From a virus (lineage: Duplodnaviria; Caudoviricetes), in IMG/VR virus record IMGVR_UViG_3300047189_000007, positions 1 through 51,436 of that record: a DNA stretch of 51,436 nt. One strand, 5' to 3'. Shown here piece after piece: positions 16,804-24,642 of the stretch (position 1 is its first letter; the number at the start of each line of letters is the position of its first letter). The notes beneath the pieces are model-generated. The model made no database searches and was not told the origin of the DNA. It saw only the letters and a program-made list of their open reading frames with translations. Both the position numbers and the translations under genes were made by a program.

Positions 16804-17240
16804 TGAAAGCAATGTCAATTTTTGTCATTGGTGTGATACTACTTCTGGCTCTTGTATCTCCGATACATGCAAGAGATTTTGAGGATCGATACTCGTTCTG
16901 CTTATCAGTAAGTGGAAGCTATCGCACCTATATCATTGACAGACTTAACATCGAACTCATAGGCATCGACTGTGCGACTGATGAGTATGTCATCAAAATA
17001 GAGGATGCTAAGAAGTGGACTGATGCAATAGGTCCCGCCCTCTACACTGCCATAGTAACAGGTAAGAAGCCTGGAGTTGCTCTCATAATCACTGATAAAC
17101 GTGGTGAAGAGATGTATGTCAGACTCAAAGATCTGGCAGCTAAGTACGACATCAAGACCTGGAAGGCATACGGTGGCGCACTTGGATACTTCGACAGGAA
17201 GATAAAGGAACGGACTCAGTACAAATATCCGGTCCGCTGA
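16803..17240 (+). CDS. Signal-peptide protein with degenerate restriction-endonuclease-like fold
   Basis: Hydrophobic leader ending IHA; IDCATDEYVIKIE..KW.DAIG.AL pattern. Confidence 0.55.
   Translation: MKAMSIFVIGVILLLALVSPIHARDFEDRYSFCLSVSGSYRTYIIDRLNIELIGIDCATDEYVIKIEDAKKWTDAIGPALYTAIVTGKKPGVALIITDKRGEEMYVRLKDLAAKYDIKTWKAYGGALGYFDRKIKERTQYKYPVR
16809..16833. repeat. Dispersed palindrome, copy 5 (just after the terL stop)
   Basis: Reverse complement CACCAATGACA AAAAT TGACATTGC. Confidence 0.85.
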
Positions 17241-17320
17241 TATTACTTCGTTTTTGACGGTCTGGCGCGAAGCGCCGAGCTGTGCCAAACCAAACTAAAC
17301 TAATGAAGGAGGTAAGTGAG

Positions 17321-17659
17321 ATGATTAAACTACGAGTCACAGGCACTGTTTCTGTTTCTACTGGCACAATTCTACCATCTGGCGTTTATCTCTCAGATGC
17401 ATTTGATGCATCGCAGTTACAGGGTAACTTCTCTTTGCAGTGGACTATCACAGGAGCCGGAACATTGAAGATTGAGGTTCTGGTATCTAATGATGGCGTT
17501 AACTTCCATGAGTTAGATGCTGATATTGCAGTTGGACAATTGGTCGGAACAGGAATGGCTGCCTTTGATGTCACAGTCTGTAATCAGCTTAAACTCAAGT
17601 TCACTGAAACTGCTGGTGCAGATCCGATTGTTGTGACTGCCCGCTTACGTGCTGCGTAG
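17321..17659 (+). CDS. Small beta-sandwich virion protein
   Basis: AAGGAGG RBS; IEVLVSNDGVNF pattern. Confidence 0.6.
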   Translation: MIKLRVTGTVSVSTGTILPSGVYLSDAFDASQLQGNFSLQWTITGAGTLKIEVLVSNDGVNFHELDADIAVGQLVGTGMAAFDVTVCNQLKLKFTETAGADPIVVTARLRAA

Positions 17660-17670
17660 AGGAGGTTATC

Positions 17671-18219
17671 ATGTTTGGATTATCAACTGTTATCACGAAA
17701 CTGAATCAGATTAAAGCTGCTATTGAGTCTGCTGCATCGATGGTTATTACGCCAGCAACTCTTAGTGTTGCCAATGATACAGTGACAGCAGGATACTATG
17801 AAGCAACCACCCTTCATGCGGTTGATGCGGATCTGGCAACGGCAAACATTAAAGCAGGTGTGACTATCTTTGGCATTGCAGGGAAGGCTGAGGTTGTAGA
17901 TACGACTGAGGCAGGTGATCCTGTGATAGCTTCTCGCATGAAAACTGGTGACATTGCCTTTGTGAATGGATCGAAGATCACAGGCAATGGCACAGTATCT
18001 ATGGCAAACAACACTAAAATCATTCCTGCAGGATACCACGCGTTATCAGCATTAGACACAATAGATGCTGACTTTGATGCGCTTAACATTGCTGCTGGTA
18101 AAACAATGTTTGGCGTGGCTGGTGTTTTCTCAGATGATGCTACTGCAGTTGCTGCTGATATTGCACTTGGTAAGACTGCATATGTGGGTGGAGTAAAGAT
18201 CACTGGAACGCATGAGTAA
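17671..18219 (+). CDS. Tail-fibre-like protein with internal repeat
   Basis: Two repeats of AGY..DAD..NI.AG.T.FG.AG plus A.V.G.KITG. Confidence 0.6.
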   Translation: MFGLSTVITKLNQIKAAIESAASMVITPATLSVANDTVTAGYYEATTLHAVDADLATANIKAGVTIFGIAGKAEVVDTTEAGDPVIASRMKTGDIAFVNGSKITGNGTVSMANNTKIIPAGYHALSALDTIDADFDALNIAAGKTMFGVAGVFSDDATAVAADIALGKTAYVGGVKITGTHE

Positions 18220-18231
18220 GAGGTATATCCA

Positions 18232-18615
18232 ATGAGCTATGAGGCAGAGATATTAAAACTGTCTACCGAAGTTAAGCCATTGAATGTGCCTGTTAACACA
18301 CATCTTCGGGAGACAGATACAAATAAAAGATTTGTGTTTACTGGAAAGTATTGGAGACCATCAATCAGTACTCTATTTATACCTGGATCTGATGTTGGTG
18401 GCACTGCAGATGTTCCTCCGAATCTTCCAGATGCGGCGCTTAATGGGGATATGCTCCGCTGGAATACGACAGAAGGTAGATGGGAAGTAGTAACTGCACC
18501 GTTTACTTTTGACCTGGATGAGGTAAACCTTCGTCCGAAGGCATCATCAAGTGGTGCAGAGGGAACTATCTTCTACTGTAGTGATGACAATGGTGTGTAT
18601 GTTGGTGTCGAATAA
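18232..18615 (+). CDS. Putative fibre/virion accessory protein
   Basis: NGDMLRWN..GRW and EGTIFY motifs typical of fibres. Confidence 0.55.
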   Translation: MSYEAEILKLSTEVKPLNVPVNTHLRETDTNKRFVFTGKYWRPSISTLFIPGSDVGGTADVPPNLPDAALNGDMLRWNTTEGRWEVVTAPFTFDLDEVNLRPKASSSGAEGTIFYCSDDNGVYVGVE

Positions 18616-18791
18616 GGAGAGATATGAAAGTAAACATCTGGGAAAAGAAGAGGATTACTATCTTCATCGGTGGAGATCCGGAGAAGAACGAAGCTCCGAT
18701 TATTACTTTGGAGATGGATAATCCGCAGATAAAGTTTGATACTGACAAAAATACAATAGTAATTCATGAAACTCGTTAGGAGGAAGTAGAA

Positions 18792-19187
18792 ATGGCTATC
18801 ACCTGGAAGAAACTTGCGTATGAGAGTGATGTTATCCTGAAGTCTCTTGTCACAGCAAAAGGAGATCTGGTTGTAGGGACAGGGAATGGAGCTGTTGATA
18901 ATCTGCCTGCGTCTACAGACGGCTTTATGCTTACCCTAGAGGCAGCAAATGCTAATGGGATGGGTATGAAGTGGGCTGCTCCGGGAGCGCCAGCAGCTCA
19001 TACTCTTAACAGTCATTCTGTTCCTGATGGTGCAGTTGACTTTAATCTGCAGCAAGCAACAGACTTTGTTGTCATGACTGTTGCGAATGAAGCAGCTCTT
19101 CCTGCTGGCGCTGGCACCGTCGAGGTTGGACAACTGTGTTGGGCTACTGGAGAGTTATCTCTTCATGTATGTACAGTTGATGCTTAA
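18792..19187 (+). CDS. Putative fibre protein
   Basis: TAKGDLVVGTG..DGFMLT..GMKW fibre motif. Confidence 0.6.
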   Translation: MAITWKKLAYESDVILKSLVTAKGDLVVGTGNGAVDNLPASTDGFMLTLEAANANGMGMKWAAPGAPAAHTLNSHSVPDGAVDFNLQQATDFVVMTVANEAALPAGAGTVEVGQLCWATGELSLHVCTVDA

Positions 19188-19357
19188 GCATGGAAAATCT
19201 TTCTGACGAGCGAAGTGAATTAATGGGTAACTTCCACAATGCCGTGGTGGTTTTGGTGGACAGTAGTAAGCTGACACCATCTGAGACAATCATGGTACTT
19301 AGGTTGTTAACTCATGAAATAGAGCGTGTGTTTGAGCTTTCTGTAAAAGGTGCGTAA

Positions 19358-19558
19358 ATGGCAATCACATGGAGAAAGTTGGTGTATTCAGATAATCCGG
19401 TATTTACTGGAGTATTGGAAACACCAGCTATAAAGATTACTACAGGTGCTGGTGCTAGTAAGGTACTTACATCTGACGCGGATGGTGACGCTACATGGCA
19501 GACACCTGGAGTAAGCGCAGGCGGTGATGGTTGGCTTGTTTCACAGATATTTAACTAG
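19358..19558 (+). CDS. Short fibre-like protein
   Basis: GASKVLTSDADGDATWQ; N-terminus matches that of 18792. Confidence 0.55.
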   Translation: MAITWRKLVYSDNPVFTGVLETPAIKITTGAGASKVLTSDADGDATWQTPGVSAGGDGWLVSQIFN

Positions 19559-19567
19559 GGGGATGTG

Positions 19568-19933
19568 ATGGCCTCGTCTTCAGCACTTAAAAGAAAGTTA
19601 TCTGGCAGCACTGATGGAAAGCCTATTAAGATAACACAGATTGCCACAGCAGGTGATACCATTCATACTGCAGTAGCAGGAACTACGGCTGGAACTTTTG
19701 ATGAGATCTGGCTCTGGGCGTATAATGGGCATACTGCAGATGTGTCATTGACTATTGAGTTTGGTGGTGCCTCTGTTCCTGACCAGAATATTAAACAAAC
19801 ACTGCCATTTTTTGGTGGTCTAATTCTAGTAATTCCTGGTCTACTTCTTCAGAACGGAATGGTTGTGAAAGCCTTTGCTGGGATCGCAAATATGGTTACT
19901 ATAGTTGGTTATGTAAACGCTATTACGGATTAG
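19568..19933 (+). CDS. Putative virion accessory protein
   Basis: Beta-rich ORF in the fibre cluster. Confidence 0.55.
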   Translation: MASSSALKRKLSGSTDGKPIKITQIATAGDTIHTAVAGTTAGTFDEIWLWAYNGHTADVSLTIEFGGASVPDQNIKQTLPFFGGLILVIPGLLLQNGMVVKAFAGIANMVTIVGYVNAITD

Positions 19934-19940
19934 GTGTCCT

Positions 19941-20888
19941 ATGGATAACTTGATTGCATATGTAGGTGTAGGTAATACAATACAAGGTATTGCACCTTAC
20001 ACTGATGAAAACTGGACATATGCAGCTTTAAATCTACCAGGTGCTCCTAATGGAAATTCTGCATATGTTGCAGGTGCGGCATTTGATACTGGAAAATACT
20101 CAACAATTTTATATGGGTACAGTTATACTTTTGCTTTTCCAGCAGCACTGCATGAGGTTCAGATAGCTGGTATTGAGGTTGAGATTAAGAAATATCATGC
20201 TAATGGTGACATGGTTGATGGATTATTACAGTTTTCTCTTAATGGTATAGACAGATCTGGCGATGATAAAGCTGATGGTTCAACACACTGGCCAGATGCG
20301 AATACTGTTGTAGTATATGGCGGTCCTACAGATCTGTGGGGGATAAACTGGACTCAGACAATACTTCGTAATCCATCTTTTGGAGTGCATTTTGTATGCA
20401 AAGCACATGCTGATGATGCAGATGGCTACGTAGATAGCATTGGTATTAGAGTGTATTATGAATTGCTTGGGGAAAGCAGAGTTCATCATGGAAGAAGAAC
20501 TAGATTTTCTCCAAATATATTCGGAGATATAGTTGCTGTAAAGAACGAGTGGAGACTAGCTCCACAGGCACTTCCATTAGTAGCGCAGATAAGTAATACT
20601 ATTGCGGCTCCGTCTACAAGTGTAGCGGCGTACACGGATGCAGGAGCTATTACTATATCTATTGCGAGTCCTGGCATTGTAAGTAAGGTAGGTCATGGAC
20701 TAGCTGATACAAGAGAGATATGGATAAAAACATCAGGAGCATTGCCTACGGGACTTACGCAGTATACGCATTATTATGTCAAGTATAAAGATGCGGATAG
20801 CTTCTGGCTTGCTGCAACCTCTGGTGGGGCGAGTATTAATACATCTGGATCACAGTCAGGTACGCATAATCTGTGGACAAAAGACTAG
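19941..20888 (+). CDS. Putative receptor-binding/fibre protein
   Basis: YGGPTDLWG beta-domain and C-terminal GALPTGL..YYV..LA.T.GG.INTSG domain. Confidence 0.6.
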   Translation: MDNLIAYVGVGNTIQGIAPYTDENWTYAALNLPGAPNGNSAYVAGAAFDTGKYSTILYGYSYTFAFPAALHEVQIAGIEVEIKKYHANGDMVDGLLQFSLNGIDRSGDDKADGSTHWPDANTVVVYGGPTDLWGINWTQTILRNPSFGVHFVCKAHADDADGYVDSIGIRVYYELLGESRVHHGRRTRFSPNIFGDIVAVKNEWRLAPQALPLVAQISNTIAAPSTSVAAYTDAGAITISIASPGIVSKVGHGLADTREIWIKTSGALPTGLTQYTHYYVKYKDADSFWLAATSGGASINTSGSQSGTHNLWTKD

Positions 20889-20897
20889 GAGATTGAA

Positions 20898-21605
20898 ATG
20901 CTTGACCCAATTGAAGAAGCTAGATTTGTTCAATTAAAAGACTTGAGTCGAGAACTTAAAGTTCCAACTGCTCCAGACATCTTTATTCTTACAAAAGTTG
21001 TAGATAATGATGGAAAGATGTTGTCTGAGGATATCCAACGTGGGCATAGTTGGACTCGTAATTACTGGAATATGGCATTTTCTGAAGGAGCTGAAGCACC
21101 TGCGTTTGGAGATACAACATTTGTTGTTGGTAAACTAACATCTAAGAGTACATCTGGGACAGTGTATGGTACAGCAGGCGTATGTTACAGAGGGCATTAT
21201 ACCACACTCGCATATGGAGTATACGAGAGTACAGGTGCTGGTAACTATGGTATATTAATAGGTTCTGGAGATACTGCATTTAGTGTTGCTGATTATACCT
21301 TGGCCTCAAAGATTGCACATGGTAATAGTGCAGGGCAGATGTGGTATAGTAATCACATCACTCCAGTTGTAGCATATAATGCTGGTAGTAAGACTTGGAC
21401 TAATACCATTTATAGAATCTTTAATAATAATTCTGGTAGTACTATTACTGTAAAGGAAACTGGTCTTGCCTTTACTGGAACGTACTTTGGTGGATCATAT
21501 ACCCTGATGGAAAGAAGTGTCCTGGCATCACCTGTCAGTGTTCCATACGGTGGGCAATTAACAGTAACATACACAATATCAATGGACTTCTCAGCTATTG
21601 ATTAA
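20898..21605 (+). CDS. Putative tail structural protein
   Basis: Gly/Thr-rich; GSGDTAFS..DY.L and FNNNSG..ITVKETGL patterns. Confidence 0.55.
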   Translation: MLDPIEEARFVQLKDLSRELKVPTAPDIFILTKVVDNDGKMLSEDIQRGHSWTRNYWNMAFSEGAEAPAFGDTTFVVGKLTSKSTSGTVYGTAGVCYRGHYTTLAYGVYESTGAGNYGILIGSGDTAFSVADYTLASKIAHGNSAGQMWYSNHITPVVAYNAGSKTWTNTIYRIFNNNSGSTITVKETGLAFTGTYFGGSYTLMERSVLASPVSVPYGGQLTVTYTISMDFSAID

Positions 21606-21628
21606 CTAAGTATATAAAGGAAATCATA

Positions 21629-22126
21629 ATGGTAGAAGGTAACTCATCTGAAAGTAAAGACAGACGTGTAATGATAGAGCGTCGGGCCACTCATACGCTG
21701 TACCCATGTCCTCTGCATGATCTATTTGTAGCTGGACTCGAAAAGGATTTAGCGACTGGAGAGAAACGGATGGAACGATTCGAACAAAAAATCGATAGCA
21801 TACTAGCCTGGCAAGTTAAGCAGAATCTCGAGCAGCAGGCTATGAAGATGTTTATAGATAATGCACTCAGTAATGGGTTAAGTAAAGATATTAGAGAAGT
21901 AAGAGACTGCATGGAATCTATTGAGGGAAGATTTATAGTTGCGCAAGATGGATACGCTAAAAAATTTGCTGAGTTCGATGACTTTCGTTGGTTCAGAGAC
22001 TGGGCTAATGGACTAAAAAATAAGGGTATCTCATGGATACTTAGTCTTATTGTTCTCGGTGGATTAGCAATGTCAGCTTTTCTTGGAATTATATACCTTG
22101 TTTTGCACATGGCAAGGAAAATATAA
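21629..22126 (+). CDS. Coiled-coil protein with C-terminal TM segment (lysis-associated?)
   Basis: Hydrophobic C-terminal stretch; upstream of the endolysin. Confidence 0.55.
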   Translation: MVEGNSSESKDRRVMIERRATHTLYPCPLHDLFVAGLEKDLATGEKRMERFEQKIDSILAWQVKQNLEQQAMKMFIDNALSNGLSKDIREVRDCMESIEGRFIVAQDGYAKKFAEFDDFRWFRDWANGLKNKGISWILSLIVLGGLAMSAFLGIIYLVLHMARKI

Positions 22127-22347
22127 TGAGTTTGATTGATGCCATTGCGCGTGCAGCAGTACATAAAGCAATTATCAATTTGCTGACTCCACAAAAGCTT
22201 ATTGACATGGAAGAAGTAATTGTCAGTAAGATTGCTGAATCAGGACTGGTAGGAAATACAGTACATTCAATGCTTCAGACTATGAAGGCTGGCTTAATGG
22301 AGATGACAGCTAAGGAAGATAAAGACGATATGGAGGTGCCATCATGA
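22126..22347 (+). CDS. Hypothetical protein
   Basis: Translationally coupled ORF. Confidence 0.6.
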   Translation: MSLIDAIARAAVHKAIINLLTPQKLIDMEEVIVSKIAESGLVGNTVHSMLQTMKAGLMEMTAKEDKDDMEVPS

Positions 22348-22664
22348 TTAAGGTGGAGGTTCATCACTATTTTCACCCGCCTCAGGATGAGGCTATTACA
22401 CAGAAACTGGACAAAATCATATCTATGATTGAGGCAGTTCAGAGAAAGGAGGAAGTTATGTCGAAGGAACTTGATGCCCTTACCGTACAGGTACAGGAAA
22501 ACACCGAAGTAGAAGCATCTGCTGTTGTTCTTCTTCAGGGTCTTGCAGCCCAGATTGCTGACCTGAAAGATGACCCGGTTGCGTTGCAGGCTCTGTCGGA
22601 CACGCTGAATGCATCAGCGGATAATCTGGCTGCAGCTGTCACGGCCAATACTCCGGCCGAGTAG
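22344..22664 (+). CDS. Coiled-coil hypothetical protein
   Basis: GGAGG RBS; second in-frame RBS and ATG at 22458. Confidence 0.65.
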   Translation: MIKVEVHHYFHPPQDEAITQKLDKIISMIEAVQRKEEVMSKELDALTVQVQENTEVEASAVVLLQGLAAQIADLKDDPVALQALSDTLNASADNLAAAVTANTPAE

Positions 22665-22687
22665 TTGGGGACTGGCACTTACCTTAA

Positions 22688-22715
22688 TAGATCCCCGGAG
22701 CAATCCGGGGGTCTA
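22688..22715 (+). terminator. GC-rich hairpin (terminator or processing site)
   Basis: TAGATCCCCGGA-GCAA-TCCGGGGGTCTA with GNRA loop; no T-tract. Confidence 0.55.
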
Positions 22716-22726
22716 CTGGAGAAAAG

Positions 22727-23188
22727 ATGAACGCTATATTTTATGAGCTAGATACTAAGCAGGTTCTTGGTTTGACTGTTTACAGTGAAGCAGGTGGCGA
22801 GATCACAGAAGGAAAGATAGCAGTTGCTACTGTGGTTATGGAAAGAGTTGACCATAGAAACTGGGATGGTAAAACTATCATTGAGGTGTGCTTTAAGAAA
22901 AGGCAGTTCTCTTGCTATAATGAGTTTGATAAGAGTTATGGCAAAACTCTTCATATAGCAGAAGCATGGGATAGTTCGCTGGCAACTGACTTCGCTCTTA
23001 TGGATTGCTACAGTATTGCAATCGGAATGATTGAAGGCTATATCCCACGCCATCCGATTATTGCTGCTGCGCATTGTTGCCAGTATCTAACTACGGCAGG
23101 AAAGAAAGATGCTGACTGGTGGAAAGCAATGGACTTTCTTGTTAAGATTGGGGGACATGAGTTCTACAAAGAAAGGAAGGCAACATGA
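22727..23188 (+). CDS. Endolysin, SleB/Hydrolase_2 cell-wall hydrolase family
   Basis: TVYSEAGGE..GKIAVA.VV..R, QFSCYN and IGGHEFY motifs. Confidence 0.85.
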   Translation: MNAIFYELDTKQVLGLTVYSEAGGEITEGKIAVATVVMERVDHRNWDGKTIIEVCFKKRQFSCYNEFDKSYGKTLHIAEAWDSSLATDFALMDCYSIAIGMIEGYIPRHPIIAAAHCCQYLTTAGKKDADWWKAMDFLVKIGGHEFYKERKAT

Positions 23189-23382
23189 ACTTTATTACAA
23201 AGCTTTATAATAACCCGATTGCGCAGAGAGTATTCAGAGGCGCAGTCTCTATTGGAGTTGCTTATGGTCTGCAAATTGTTGCAGCAAGTACGAATCCGGC
23301 AATTCTACTTGTAGCTCCAGTGCTTAACGGAATTGGCAAATGGATTCGAGATAAGTATGCGGTCTCGAATGTACCTGTGTAG
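23185..23382 (+). CDS. Putative holin
   Basis: 65 aa, two hydrophobic segments, overlaps the endolysin stop. Confidence 0.5.
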   Translation: MNFITKLYNNPIAQRVFRGAVSIGVAYGLQIVAASTNPAILLVAPVLNGIGKWIRDKYAVSNVPV

Positions 23383-23390
23383 GAGAGAGT

Positions 23391-23957
23391 ATGCCCTGGA
23401 TAACTGTAAATGGAAAAAGGTTTGAGACGGAGCAGTGCTTTTATCTTCCGTCCATTCGTAACTTGCCGCAGGAATATTATCCACTTCCTATTGTATGTTA
23501 TGATATAGGAGCATTCTTCACGTTTGCTGTTGCAAAGAGAACAGATGGAGATTACTCACATTTCATGTGGCTTATTGGCCCAGATGAGTTTGCAACACAG
23601 GGTTGGTGGTTCCAGTCAAAACCAGTTGACGCATATTCGAGTTACATTATAAAGGCCTGGTATAATCCATGGTGGACTCCTGCACAGCGTGCAGCAGTTA
23701 TCAAGAGTCTACGAGATGACTTAGCTAAGTCACCGTGGGAAACCAGATATGACGTGTTAGCATTGGTAGGACATCTTCTCGGAATAAAGTGGATTCAAAG
23801 CGGAAGATTTGAGATATGTTCTGACTCTATAGATCATATAAAACACGCTGGAGATCAGTATGATCTTAAAGATCAGAATCCTTCTCAGATAAATGCATAC
23901 TTCAAATTGTTTCCTGAGAGATGGTTTGTACTGTTTCGTTATCAAGGAGGAGATTGA
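23391..23957 (+). CDS. Permuted papain-like NlpC/P60 (YiiX/YaeF-like) protein
   Basis: YSH upstream of YD...ICS, the permuted His-before-Cys order. Confidence 0.6.
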   Translation: MPWITVNGKRFETEQCFYLPSIRNLPQEYYPLPIVCYDIGAFFTFAVAKRTDGDYSHFMWLIGPDEFATQGWWFQSKPVDAYSSYIIKAWYNPWWTPAQRAAVIKSLRDDLAKSPWETRYDVLALVGHLLGIKWIQSGRFEICSDSIDHIKHAGDQYDLKDQNPSQINAYFKLFPERWFVLFRYQGGD

Positions 23958-23958
23958 T

Positions 23959-24405
23959 ATGAAGAAGCTTTTCAGTGCAGTGTTTACATTCTTGTGTCTG
24001 TTGGTACTGACTGTATCCCTGTTCTTAACTCTGTGCATACCTGCTTATGCTGCAGAAGAGACAGTTACTTTTGAATGGGAGCAGCCGAGTGTGGATCTTC
24101 CAAGTCTACAGGGATGGAATTTCTACATGAGCGATGTTAATGGTCCTCCGTGGGTGAAGTTTACTACAGTTCCTTATGTTGATGGCGCTGGACCTTGGAC
24201 TGCACCGGTGTCTATTACTGTAACAGGAGCCCCTGGAAGTACTATTAAGAAATACTTTTCGGCGACTGCTGTTAATAAGGACAACCAAGAGTCTACTTTT
24301 GCAACTGGTCAGCCAGCAGCTACGGAGGTGACTAAGGAGTTCAAGATTCCGTGGAGTGCGGTCTCTGGTCCGTATAACTTTATGATCAAGGTAATCATCA
24401 AATAG
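23959..24405 (+). CDS. Secreted Fn3/Ig-like protein
   Basis: Long signal peptide ending AYA; VTFEWE..GWNFY..YFSATAVN..ES pattern. Confidence 0.6.
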   Translation: MKKLFSAVFTFLCLLVLTVSLFLTLCIPAYAAEETVTFEWEQPSVDLPSLQGWNFYMSDVNGPPWVKFTTVPYVDGAGPWTAPVSITVTGAPGSTIKKYFSATAVNKDNQESTFATGQPAATEVTKEFKIPWSAVSGPYNFMIKVIIK

Positions 24406-24601
24406 ATGCCTTCCCTTCCTGGAAGGTCCCCAGGCTGTGGTGGTAGTTCGCTCTCCTTTCTGCCACCACAGTCTTTATAAAGGAAAGATTATGAAAACAA
24501 TTGATAAGATTATGGCTTCGTTGGATAAGGAAAAGGATGACAGTCCTGTCAAAGTTAAGGTTCTACACAAGGGTAAGAAGATTGCCTTACCTAAATCCTA
24601 A

Positions 24602-24626
24602 GCAATGTCAAAAAATGACATTGATT
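24602..24626. repeat. Dispersed palindrome, copy 6 (upstream of the portal gene)
   Basis: GCAATGTCA AAAAA TGACATTGATT. Confidence 0.9.
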
Positions 24627-24642
24627 GTATAAAGGAACAGCC

